From positions 1,824,001 to 1,888,000 of the forward strand of contig CAWDTA010000002.1 of assembly GCA_963805085.1 (NCBI GenBank): a stretch of 64,000 nucleotides of DNA, written 5' to 3'. The position numbers and the translations under genes were made by a program. A model generated the notes under the pieces. The model was not told where the DNA came from, searched no databases, and saw only the letters and a list, made by a program, of their open reading frames with translations. Positions 20,519 through 30,223 of this stretch are shown here, piece after piece. Numbering within the stretch: the first letter of the stretch is position 1; each line of letters opens with the position of its first letter. The DNA is from an uncultured Veillonellaceae bacterium (lineage in GTDB: Bacteria > Bacillota > Negativicutes > JARBTT01).

Positions 20519-21685
20519 ATGGATGCAATAGTAGTTGGAAGTGGTTTAACAGGCAGTGTGATTGCACGAAAACTCGCAGAAGATTTAAATATGAAAGTTT
20601 TGGTCTTAGAGAAAAGAAATCATATCGGTGGAAATGTATATGATGAAAAAGACGAAGATGGAATACTAGTGCAGCGTTATGGTCCACACCTTTTTCATAC
20701 AAATCTAGATGAGGTTTATGAATTTTTATCGAGATTTACAAAATTTGAACCATATTGTTTAGAGGCAGCGGCTTGTATTGATGGAAAAAATTTGCCAATG
20801 CCATTTAATTTTACTAGTATTGATTTTTTTTATGATGAAGGTGCTGCTATAAAACTTAAAAATAAATTGTGCAGTGCATATTCGAAGAGAGAAATTGTTA
20901 ATATTCTTGAGCTGCTAAAGCATGAGGATAACGATATTAAGGGATATGGGCAAGTGCTTTTTGAAAAAGATTATAGATTATATTCGTCAAAACAATGGGG
21001 AGTTGATCCTAAAGATATTGATTCTAGTATCTTAAAGCGTGTGCCGATCTTTTTGTCTTACCGAACCACAAGGTTTGACGATAAATATCAGTGCTTGCCT
21101 TGTAATGGTTTTACAGATTTAGTCGACAAGATCTTGTTTCATCCGAATATACAAATCAAGAAGAATGTAGATGCGTTTGAAAAATTAAAAATCAATTTAC
21201 TGAGTAACGAAATATATTACGAAAACGTGAAATATTCTGGTTTGGTAATTTATACCGGTCCGATTGATGAATTGCAAAATTTTAAATACGGAGAATTGCA
21301 ATATCGTTCTATTGAAATTAAATATGAGAAATATAACTATTTAAACTATTTAGAATATCCCGCAATTGCATATCCACAGGCAGACGGATTTGTTCGCAAA
21401 ACAGAATATACAAAATTGCCATATCAAAATATTAGCGATAAAACCGTAATAGGAATAGAATATCCTGTACCATATGATAGAAATAATACAGATTCTATTG
21501 GAGCAGCCTATCCTATTCTGAATCAAAAAAATTGTGAGTTATATCAGAAATATTTAACTTCATGTAATGATTTTAAAAATTTAATTATATGTGGAAGATT
21601 AGGTGATTTTAAATATTATGATATGGATCAAGCTGTAAAAAGAGCTTTAGATGTAAGTTTGAAAATCAAAAAGAGAATATTGTAA
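20519..21685 (+). CDS. glf: UDP-galactopyranose mutase family flavoprotein
   Basis: VVGSGLTG, EKRNHIGGN, YGPHLFHT, YTGPID, GRLGDFKYYDMDQ. Confidence 0.88.
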   Translation: MDAIVVGSGLTGSVIARKLAEDLNMKVLVLEKRNHIGGNVYDEKDEDGILVQRYGPHLFHTNLDEVYEFLSRFTKFEPYCLEAAACIDGKNLPMPFNFTSIDFFYDEGAAIKLKNKLCSAYSKREIVNILELLKHEDNDIKGYGQVLFEKDYRLYSSKQWGVDPKDIDSSILKRVPIFLSYRTTRFDDKYQCLPCNGFTDLVDKILFHPNIQIKKNVDAFEKLKINLLSNEIYYENVKYSGLVIYTGPIDELQNFKYGELQYRSIEIKYEKYNYLNYLEYPAIAYPQADGFVRKTEYTKLPYQNISDKTVIGIEYPVPYDRNNTDSIGAAYPILNQKNCELYQKYLTSCNDFKNLIICGRLGDFKYYDMDQAVKRALDVSLKIKKRIL

Positions 21686-21769
21686 AAACCAAATATTGGG
21701 ATAAAAATTTTTGTTATTGAGTAGACTTATGTCAGTTTAGTAAAAATCAAAAATTTGCTAGTAGTGTAA

Positions 21770-21821
21770 AAAGAGTATAAGCATATCAAACACAAAGATC
21801 TTTGATATGCTTATACTCTTT
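21770..21821. terminator. Perfect 21-bp inverted repeat, probable bidirectional terminator between convergent glf and rfbF
   Basis: AAAGAGTATAAGCATATCAAA-N10-TTTGATATGCTTATACTCTTT. Confidence 0.75.
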
Positions 21822-21829
21822 GTTTTAGG

Positions 21830-22606
21830 TTACCATTTTTTCCAAGGGGCTTTTTTCTTTTCCCATAAGTCCTCTAATAACCATTTATCACGCTGGGTAT
21901 CCATACACTGCCAAAAACCGTGATGTTTAAAAGCTTGTAGTTTCCCTATCTGAGCTACTAATTCAAGTGGATATTTTTCAAAAACAGTATCATCCCCCTC
22001 AATATAATCAAATATTGAAGGTTCTAGAACCATAAAACCACCGTTAATCCAGCCGCCATCTTCTTTGGCTTTTTCCACAAATTTATTGATCGTACTACCG
22101 TGATGATCGATATCAAGGACACCAAAACGACCACCTGGTTGAATTGCTGTCATCGTTGCGATTGGTTTATGCTGTTGATGGAATTTTACCAATTCACCAA
22201 TATTTACATCACTGACACCATCACCGTAGGTTAGCATAAATGGCTCATTGCCGATGTAGTCTCGTACACGTTTGACACGGCCACCTGTAGCACTATTTAA
22301 ACCTGTATCAACAAGGGTTACTTTCCATGGTTCGGTGACATTATTATGTACAATCATCTGATTGCTATTGGCAAAGTCAAAAGTGATATCAGAAGTATGT
22401 AAAAAGTAATCAGCAAAATATTCTTTGATGACATAACCTTTATAACCAAGGCAAATAATGAATTCATTAAACCCATAATGTGTGTATGTTTTCATGATAT
22501 GCCAAAGAATCGGGTTGCCGCCAATTTCAATCATTGGCTTTGGTTTTAAATGCGATTCTTCACTGATTCTTGTGCCAAGTCCGCCTGCTAAAATAACAAC
22601 TTTCAT
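21830..22606 (-). CDS. rfbF: Glucose-1-phosphate cytidylyltransferase
   Basis: VILAGGLGTRISEESHLKPKPM, TYGDG, WINGGF, GFWQCMDT, KAPWKKW; RBS AAGGGG. Confidence 0.95.
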   Translation of the reverse strand: MKVVILAGGLGTRISEESHLKPKPMIEIGGNPILWHIMKTYTHYGFNEFIICLGYKGYVIKEYFADYFLHTSDITFDFANSNQMIVHNNVTEPWKVTLVDTGLNSATGGRVKRVRDYIGNEPFMLTYGDGVSDVNIGELVKFHQQHKPIATMTAIQPGGRFGVLDIDHHGSTINKFVEKAKEDGGWINGGFMVLEPSIFDYIEGDDTVFEKYPLELVAQIGKLQAFKHHGFWQCMDTQRDKWLLEDLWEKKKAPWKKW

Positions 22607-22653
22607 ATCATAAACCCCTTTGATAAAAAATTTAAATATTGGATTATTCTCTT

Positions 22654-22681
22654 ATTCGACAAAAATATTAGTTATTCCTGT
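22654..22681 (-). promoter_or_regulatory. SigH-like promoter for rfbF
   Basis: Minus strand ACAGGA-N18-GAAT (…TGTCGAAT), resembling the Firmicute SigH consensus. Confidence 0.45.
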
Positions 22682-22715
22682 ATAAGTGATAATATGATAC
22701 TCTATAGATAAGAAT

Positions 22716-23761
22716 GTGGTGAAGCAATTATTTTGGCAAGGGGAAAAAGTATTTTTGACTGGACATACTGGTTTTAAAGGCTCGTGGCTTAGTTTATGGC
22801 TTAGTAGGTTAGGGACAATTGTAACAGGATATTCTTTAGAAGCACCAACCAAACCAAGTTTATTTGAAATCGCAAGAGTAGATACCTTGATTGATTCTGT
22901 TATTGGTGATATTTGTGATTATCAATATTTAAGCGAAGTAATGAAAAAGCGAATCCTGATATTGTGATTCATATGGCAGCACAGGCTTTGGTTCGGGATT
23001 CTTATCATACTCCATTACAGATCTATCAGATAAATGTAATGGGAACGGCAAATGTATTAGAGAGTGCAAGGCAATGTAAAAATATTAAAGCTGTCGTTGT
23101 GGTTACTACGGATAAATGTTATGAGAATAAGGAATGGTACTGGGGGTATCGTGAAAATGACGCTCTGGGTGGTTATGATCCGTATTCAAGCAGTAAAGCT
23201 TGTGCTGAAATTGTGACTGCAGCCTATCGTCAGTCCTTTTTAAAAGAAGCTGGAATTTCCGTCGCTACGGTTAGGGTGGGAAATGTTATTGGTGGCGGCG
23301 ATTGGGCAAAGGATCGTTTGATTCCAGATTGTTTACGGGCGATTGAAAAGAATGAGAAAATCATGATTCGTAGTCCACAGGCGATTCGTCCATGGCAGCA
23401 TGTATTAGAACCATTGTGTGGTTATATGATGTTAGCGGAAAAAATGTATGAAGAGGGGAGTCAATGGGCAGAGAGCTGGAATTTTGGACCGCGTGATCAT
23501 TCAGTGCTTTGTGTAGGTGATTTGGTCAAAAAGCTATGCAAAAGTTTAAATGCTGACTATGAGATTCAACGAAATGATGCTTTGCATGAGGCTAATTATT
23601 TAAAACTTGATTGTTCAAAAGCCAATATGAATTTAAATTGGCAACCGAAGTTAAACATAGTTGAAAGTTTGCAATATATTATTGATTGGTTTGAAGCATA
23701 TCGTAAAGGTGAAGATATGCAGAAGGTTTCTTTAAAACAGATTGAAAAATATTGTATTTGA
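22716..23761 (+). pseudogene. rfbG: CDP-glucose 4,6-dehydratase split by a 1-nt frameshift
   Basis: FWQGEKVFLTGHTGFKGSWL in ORF 22716-22967 continues as NPDIVIHMAAQALVR...TTDKCYEN...DPYSSSK...RPWQHVLEPL in another frame; one extra A in the A5 run at 22944-22948 restores the frame. Confidence 0.85.
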
Positions 23762-23786
23762 AAATTATTATATATGGAGAATTAAA

Positions 23787-25583
23787 ATGGATAGTAATGA
23801 AGTTCAGGAACAGATTAATATGTGTTTGAAAATAGTAGAAAATGATAAACGACAGAAGTCTGTTTTAAAGCAGTTAGGAAATTCGTATACACAGCAAGGT
23901 CAGTATTATAAAGTATTAGAATGTGTTGGACAGTTATTAGAAATTGATGCACAAGATTATGAAGCTTTCTATATGGGCGCAGCCGCTTATTTAAAACTTG
24001 ATGATATTGACAATGCTTTAATTTTGGCCCAAAAGGCTATTTCATTAAAACAGGATTATATTGGAGCTTATATGGTGATGGCATTTTGCTATAATAATAA
24101 ACTTTTAATTGAAGAAAATATCATAGTGTTAGAAAAAATTATTGAGTTGGCCCAGTCCTTGCCAAAGCAGAATCAATATGATTTTCTAGGTCAGGCATGG
24201 GGATTATTATCAGGGGTAAATGTTTTATTGGGCGATAATGAACAAGCAAAAGCAGGCTATTTAAAACTTAGCGAAGTTGCCGATAATGAAATGGATAGGG
24301 CTGCTGCATATAGTTCATACTTGATGTGTTTGCACTACGACGACAAAGTTAGTGAAAAAGATATGCTTTTGGAGCATAAAAAATACAATGGATTTTTTAA
24401 ACAGGTTAAGGAGTACAAGCATTTAGAAGTAGAAACAAAGAAACAACTAAGAATAGGTTATATTTCACCTGATTTTCGTCAGCATGCAGTGGTATTTTTT
24501 TGTTATGCCTTATTGACGCAATATGATTCGGAGCAATTTACTATTTTTTGTTATTCAAAAGGAAAGCCTGATGAAACGACATTGCAATTGCAAAGTTTGG
24601 TTCCAAATTGGCGGGATATTCGAGGATTAAGTGATGGTGATGCTGCACAACAGATTTATGAAGATAAAATAGACATTTTAGTCGATTTATCAGGTCACAC
24701 TGCGAATAATTGTTTGCCAATTTTAGCGTATAAACCTGCTCCTATTCAAGCCTGTGGAATCGGTTATTTTAATACAACTGGTCTTTCTACGATAGATTAT
24801 TTTATTACGGATAGGTATGTAGATCCAGTCGGGAAAAATGATGGAGCTTTTTCAGAAAAATTGGTGCGCTTGCCACATAGTCATTTTTGCTATATCGCGA
24901 GGTCAGATGCTCCGGCTTGCCAGCCTGCACCATCTACACGTAATAAAACGATTGTTTTTTGTAGTTTCAATAATTTTGCAAAGGTAACGGATGAAATGCT
25001 AACTATATGGCTTGAAATTTTAAATCAAGTGCCAAATTCAAAGTTAGTATTGAAAAGTAAATTGATGGGGAGCGAGTATGGTTGTCAGCAAGTTAGCCAA
25101 CGCTTATTAAACATAGGATTTTCTTTAAAACAAATAGAATTAAGAAAATCTAGTGGTAATCACATGAAAGAATATTTGGATATGGATATTGCATTAGATA
25201 CGTTTCCGTATCCAGGCGGAGCCACGACTTGTGAAGCAATGTATATGGGGGTCCCCGTAATAAGTTTAGTCGGCGATCGGCATGGTTCACGGTTTGGCTA
25301 TAGTATATTAAAAAATATTGGGTTTGAAGACGGTATTGCGGATAGTAAAGCTGAGTATATAGAAAAAGCAGTAAATTTAGCAAATGACAAAATGAAATTA
25401 AATCATTTACACCAAACATTACGTGACAAGATGATGAATTCATCACTTATGGATGGTCAGCAATATGTAGCTGATGTAGAACGGGCTTATAAAGATATGT
25501 GGAACAGGCTGGTGGAGAAAAATAAGTTAAAAAAGGTAATGAAAGAAATGCTTCCATTACTACATACGATGGTAAAGCGTTAA
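23787..25583 (+). CDS. TPR + SPINDLY-like GT41 glycosyltransferase (one catalytic module)
   Basis: RIGYISPDFRQH, DILVDLSGHT, PAPIQ, FNNFAK, DIALDTFPYPGGATTCEAMYMGVPV; RBS GGAG before ATG 23787. Confidence 0.9.
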   Translation: MDSNEVQEQINMCLKIVENDKRQKSVLKQLGNSYTQQGQYYKVLECVGQLLEIDAQDYEAFYMGAAAYLKLDDIDNALILAQKAISLKQDYIGAYMVMAFCYNNKLLIEENIIVLEKIIELAQSLPKQNQYDFLGQAWGLLSGVNVLLGDNEQAKAGYLKLSEVADNEMDRAAAYSSYLMCLHYDDKVSEKDMLLEHKKYNGFFKQVKEYKHLEVETKKQLRIGYISPDFRQHAVVFFCYALLTQYDSEQFTIFCYSKGKPDETTLQLQSLVPNWRDIRGLSDGDAAQQIYEDKIDILVDLSGHTANNCLPILAYKPAPIQACGIGYFNTTGLSTIDYFITDRYVDPVGKNDGAFSEKLVRLPHSHFCYIARSDAPACQPAPSTRNKTIVFCSFNNFAKVTDEMLTIWLEILNQVPNSKLVLKSKLMGSEYGCQQVSQRLLNIGFSLKQIELRKSSGNHMKEYLDMDIALDTFPYPGGATTCEAMYMGVPVISLVGDRHGSRFGYSILKNIGFEDGIADSKAEYIEKAVNLANDKMKLNHLHQTLRDKMMNSSLMDGQQYVADVERAYKDMWNRLVEKNKLKKVMKEMLPLLHTMVKR

Positions 25584-25595
25584 AAAAATATAGCT

Positions 25596-25644
25596 AAAAA
25601 AACAGTGCTTTTGTCTAAATGCAGGCAGGAGAACTGTTTTTTTT
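25596..25644 (+). terminator. Probable intrinsic terminator
   Basis: AAAAAAACAGT...ACTGTTTTTTT imperfect stem with T tract after the stop. Confidence 0.5.
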
Positions 25645-25683
25645 GTTAAAGAGTAAATAATAAGATAAAACATGACATTATCT

Positions 25684-25710
25684 TAAGAATTTTTTGATTT
25701 TTTACGATAC
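25684..25710 (+). promoter_or_regulatory. Possible sigma-28 (SigD/FliA) promoter
   Basis: TAAG-N15-TACGATAC versus consensus TAAA-N15-GCCGATAT, about 70 nt before the next start. Confidence 0.35.
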
Positions 25711-25777
25711 TATAGATAGTGGTTTTTATAATTAGATGGAATTTGTTTTAAAAACAATATAAGGATTGGTAGTTAGA

Positions 25778-28700
25778 ATGACTCATGATATAAAAAAGGA
25801 AATCGCACAGATTAAGAAACAGTTTAAAGTTCAGTATGATAATAGAGAATATCAAGCAGTGATTGATGGCGCAAAACAAGTAATCGCAATCGATGCCATT
25901 GATTATGATACAATGTGTACAGCAGCGATGGCTTGTATGGAAATTTGTAAGTATGAGGAAGCTTTAGAATTTGCCATAAAAATGTTAGAGATAAAAAAAG
26001 AATATTTTTATGGTCACCTAGTCTTAGCAAAAATCTATTATTTGCGTTTAGAATATGATAAAGCACTTGCTGTGTTGCAAAATTTATTTTTGCAATATGA
26101 AAAACAAATGCCTAGCATGATAAAACAACTTGCTTATAGTTTGTTAGGCAATATTTATAATGTGATGGGTGAGCCGACAAAAGGCTGTCAGAATTTTTTG
26201 CAAGCAAGTAAAGTAGCGGAAGACGTTAATACGAAAATAGTGGAATATAGTAAATATTTACTGTCAACCAATTATAGTGATGATAGTAAAGATGCTGATA
26301 TTTTTGCTGAACACGCAAAATATAATGACTTATTTAAGAAGGTAAAACAATTTAATCACAGAGCAAGAGGTGATAAAGAAAAAATTAATATTGGTTATAT
26401 TTCACCTGATTTTAGATATCATGTGGTGGTGTTTTTTTGCTATGAATTATTATCTAGATACAATAAAAAAAGATATAATATTACTTGCTATTCGAAAGGG
26501 CTAGAGGACGGAGTTACGGCTCAGTTAAAAAGTCTGGTTTCAGATTGGCGTGATATTAGCAAAATGAATCCTGATGAAGCGGCAAAGATCATTTATCAAG
26601 ATGGTGTGGATATCTTAGTTGATTTATCTGGTCATACGGATAATAATTGTTTGCAAATTCTCGCCAGAAAACCAGCACCGATTCAAGTCAGTGGGATTGG
26701 CTATTTTAACACGACTGGATTAAAAGCAGTTGATTATTTTCTTGCGGACAAATATTGTGATCCAGTAGGGCAAAATGATGATTTATTTGTCGAAAAACTT
26801 GTTCGATTGCCGCATAGTCATCTTTGTTATACAGCACGCGCTGATGTTGGTGAGTGCGTAGCAGCACCAGTAAATAAAAATGGGTTTATTACATTTGGTA
26901 GCTTTAATAATTTTACCAAGGTAACAGATGCTACATTGCTTTTGTGGAAAAGTATAGTAGATAGCGTGGAAAATTCCAAGCTAGTCTTAAAAAGTAAAGT
27001 TTTTGGTAGTGCATATGCTTGCCAAGAAATCAAAAAAAGATTTGTTAAACTGGGCTTTGACGAAGATCGTGTGGAATTTAGACCTGCAAGTATGGATTAT
27101 TTAGCGCAATATCAAGATTTAGATATTGCGTTGGATACTTTTCCGTATCCAGGCGGGGGAACCACTTGTGAGGCTCTCTATATGGGGGTGCCGGTTATAA
27201 CCTTACTAGGCACAAGGCATGGCTCAAGATTTGGTTATAGTGTTTTAAAGAATATTGGTTTGGATGAGTGTATTGCCTTAAGTGAAACTGAGTATGTAGA
27301 AAAAGCGATAGCACTTGCAAATGATCGAGAGAAATTGAATGAATTGCATCAAACGTTACGGCAAAAGCTTGCTGATTCTGCTGTGATGAATGGTTCACAG
27401 TATGTTTTAGAGGTTGAAAGTTGTTATGAAGAAATGTGGGAAGATTTGATGTATGTAAATCATAAAGTTAGCCGCAGTACAGTTTTAGATGCAAAAAAAA
27501 TAGCAAAAATCAATCAATTAAAAATTAAATTGCTTCATGCCTGGGAAAATTCAGATAATGAACAAGTGCTCAAATTGGGCAAAGAGGTACTAAAAATTAA
27601 TCCTAACGATCATGAAATTTTATATGTTTTAGCGGAAATATATTATAATGAAAATGATTTTGACAGAGCGCAAAAATTTGCTGAAAGGACTATTGCGGTA
27701 AAAGACGATTATGTAAAAGCGTATTATATATTGGGTATGATTTATGCATCACAAAAAGATAGCAAACGATATCCTAGAAAAGTAATTGCGACTTTTGATA
27801 AGATGTTTCATTTGAACATGGCTTCTTTAGAACCAGAATATCAAAGTCGAGCATATGCTGTTTTGAGCGGGATTTATTGGGAAATAGAAGACATTGATAA
27901 ATGCATAGAGTACCAAAAAAAATCTCTTGCCATAGAGCCGAATATTAACAGAAAAAGTAGTTATTATAGTGACTATTTATTCGAATTAAACCATAGTTTG
28001 AGCATTACCAAAGAAGAAATATTTCAAGAGCATATAAAATATAATGAACTTTTTAATGATATTATGCCTCATGAACACAACGATATAAAGAAAAAGGAAA
28101 AGTTGAGAATAGGTTACATATCTCCTGATTTTTGTATTCATCCAGTTACCTATTTTTCGTTGCAATTGTTGTTAGAATATAATAAAGAAAAATTTGAAGT
28201 ATATTGTTACTCTAATACAAAAAAAACGGATGATGTTACAGAACGTTTAAAAACGTTGGTAACAAAATGGCAGGATATTAGCAGAATAACCTGTGAAGAG
28301 GCAGCGAAACTTATTTATGCAGATAAAATTGATATTTTAGTCGATTTATCTGGACATACTGCATATTCTGTATTACCAGTACTTGCTTATAAATCAGCAC
28401 CGATTCAGCTCAGTGGGATAGGCTATGTGAATACTACGGGACTAAAAACAGTGGATTATTTTATTACGGATAACTATTGCGACCCAGAAGGATTGAATGA
28501 TCGCTATTTTACGGAAAAATTGCTGCGTTTGCCAAATACTCATTTTTGCTATACTGGTAAGTCTGAAGCTCCTTTATGTAAAAAGGCACCTTCGGATGAA
28601 AATGGTTTTGTTACGTTTGGTAGTTTCAATAAATTTAAAAAAATTACAGACAAAACCTTATCCTTATGGGCAAGTATATTAAATCGTGTACCTAATTCTA

Positions 28701-30193
28701 GATTAATTATCAAAGCGGCAGCTTTTGCGAATGAATATGGAGCACAGTTAGCCAAAAAGAAATTACTGGACGCTGGGTTTAAAGAAGAGCAACTGGAGCT
28801 TCGTTCTAATAGTTTCGACTATATGGAACAATATAATGATATTGATATTGCGTTAGATACCTATCCTTGTGCGGGGGGCACCACTACTTTTGAAGCACTT
28901 TATATGGGGGTTCCCGTAGTAACTTTAGCAGGAGTGCGACATGTTTCACGCTTTGGTTATAGTATATTGAAAAATTTAGATTTCGAAGAAGGTATTGCCT
29001 ATAATGAGGCTGAATATGTAGAAAAAGCAGTACAGCTCGCGAATGATAAAGCTAAAATTAATGAACTGCATAGAACTTTAAGAACAAGAATGTTAAATTC
29101 GCCATTAATGAATGGGAGACAGTATGTAAGTGATATAGAAGATGCATATAAAAAAATATGGGATGAGGCAGTCGATATGAAAGTTAAGAAGAACAATAAG
29201 AACAAGTTTAATAAAACAAGCGTAGTAAGTAAAAATAATGTAATAAATAGAACGAATACCAAAGAGATTGATATGAATAAAATAAATGAACTAAAACAAC
29301 GAGTTTTACAATATAAATTGCAAGGAAACTATGACGATGCTAGAATTGTCATCAGTGAAATATTTGAGATGGAATATTTCAGCACAGATGTTATGTACGA
29401 GTTGGCAGATATTTATTACATAACTGATGATATAGAAAGAGCTGAAGTATGGAGTAAAAAAGTAATTTCCTTTGATAAAAATCATGCGGAAGGTTATTTA
29501 TTATTAGCAAAAGTATATAGAAAACAAAATGCTTTGGTTGAATTATTGCCAATTCTAAATAAACTTTTAGAAAAAGAGTTTGACAGTATCAAATCTAAGG
29601 TTGAGGAATTAATAAATACGATAGATTTAATGGATTATGAAATAGACATTGCGAAATATTATAGAAACCTTTCTCAATATATTGCTAAGACCAAAGAACA
29701 AACGATAGTAGATGAGTCTGTAAGCGAAGTTCAACCATCAGACAAGAAACAACAAGTGACGAAAACTGATTTAAGTAATTTGAAAAATTTATTGCAAGGT
29801 TTGGGTTTAGACAAAAAACAAGAGAATACATTAGCTAATATGATAGAGGATGCCTTTAAAAATGGTTTAACAGCGCAAGTGGCAGAAAGACTCAAAGTAG
29901 AAGAGATAGACCAAGTAGTTAATGAAATTAGCGAGCATTCAGCAACAGATGCCCATAAAGTGGATTTATTGAATACGATAGCTGTAAAATTTTATGAATA
30001 TCAATGCCTTGATAAAGTGTTACCTGTTCTTGTAAAGGCACTTGAGATGGATGGACAGAATGACAATAGTTTGAAAAATTTGGGCGTTTTATTATTTAAT
30101 ATTGGTGAACAAGAGTTAGCACTGCAATATTTGGATAAAGTTTCACAAAAAGATATCGCTGTGATTGATTTCATAAATCGTATTAAGGGGTAA
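25778..30193 (+). CDS. Tandem SPINDLY-like GT41 protein: TPR-GT41-TPR-GT41-TPR
   Basis: Two complete motif sets (ISPDFRYH/FNNFTK/DTFPYPGGGTT and ISPDFCIH/FNKFKK/DTYPCAGGTTT), plus about 300 aa of C-terminal TPR region. Confidence 0.9.
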   Translation: MTHDIKKEIAQIKKQFKVQYDNREYQAVIDGAKQVIAIDAIDYDTMCTAAMACMEICKYEEALEFAIKMLEIKKEYFYGHLVLAKIYYLRLEYDKALAVLQNLFLQYEKQMPSMIKQLAYSLLGNIYNVMGEPTKGCQNFLQASKVAEDVNTKIVEYSKYLLSTNYSDDSKDADIFAEHAKYNDLFKKVKQFNHRARGDKEKINIGYISPDFRYHVVVFFCYELLSRYNKKRYNITCYSKGLEDGVTAQLKSLVSDWRDISKMNPDEAAKIIYQDGVDILVDLSGHTDNNCLQILARKPAPIQVSGIGYFNTTGLKAVDYFLADKYCDPVGQNDDLFVEKLVRLPHSHLCYTARADVGECVAAPVNKNGFITFGSFNNFTKVTDATLLLWKSIVDSVENSKLVLKSKVFGSAYACQEIKKRFVKLGFDEDRVEFRPASMDYLAQYQDLDIALDTFPYPGGGTTCEALYMGVPVITLLGTRHGSRFGYSVLKNIGLDECIALSETEYVEKAIALANDREKLNELHQTLRQKLADSAVMNGSQYVLEVESCYEEMWEDLMYVNHKVSRSTVLDAKKIAKINQLKIKLLHAWENSDNEQVLKLGKEVLKINPNDHEILYVLAEIYYNENDFDRAQKFAERTIAVKDDYVKAYYILGMIYASQKDSKRYPRKVIATFDKMFHLNMASLEPEYQSRAYAVLSGIYWEIEDIDKCIEYQKKSLAIEPNINRKSSYYSDYLFELNHSLSITKEEIFQEHIKYNELFNDIMPHEHNDIKKKEKLRIGYISPDFCIHPVTYFSLQLLLEYNKEKFEVYCYSNTKKTDDVTERLKTLVTKWQDISRITCEEAAKLIYADKIDILVDLSGHTAYSVLPVLAYKSAPIQLSGIGYVNTTGLKTVDYFITDNYCDPEGLNDRYFTEKLLRLPNTHFCYTGKSEAPLCKKAPSDENGFVTFGSFNKFKKITDKTLSLWASILNRVPNSRLIIKAAAFANEYGAQLAKKKLLDAGFKEEQLELRSNSFDYMEQYNDIDIALDTYPCAGGTTTFEALYMGVPVVTLAGVRHVSRFGYSILKNLDFEEGIAYNEAEYVEKAVQLANDKAKINELHRTLRTRMLNSPLMNGRQYVSDIEDAYKKIWDEAVDMKVKKNNKNKFNKTSVVSKNNVINRTNTKEIDMNKINELKQRVLQYKLQGNYDDARIVISEIFEMEYFSTDVMYELADIYYITDDIERAEVWSKKVISFDKNHAEGYLLLAKVYRKQNALVELLPILNKLLEKEFDSIKSKVEELINTIDLMDYEIDIAKYYRNLSQYIAKTKEQTIVDESVSEVQPSDKKQQVTKTDLSNLKNLLQGLGLDKKQENTLANMIEDAFKNGLTAQVAERLKVEEIDQVVNEISEHSATDAHKVDLLNTIAVKFYEYQCLDKVLPVLVKALEMDGQNDNSLKNLGVLLFNIGEQELALQYLDKVSQKDIAVIDFINRIKG

Positions 30194-30223
30194 AATTTTT
30201 CATAAATTGAGCGGGGAAGAATC

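Noticed and set aside
21686-22715. Invertible (shufflon-like) rfbF cassette
   Set aside because: No matching inverted repeats on both flanks and no recombinase in the window
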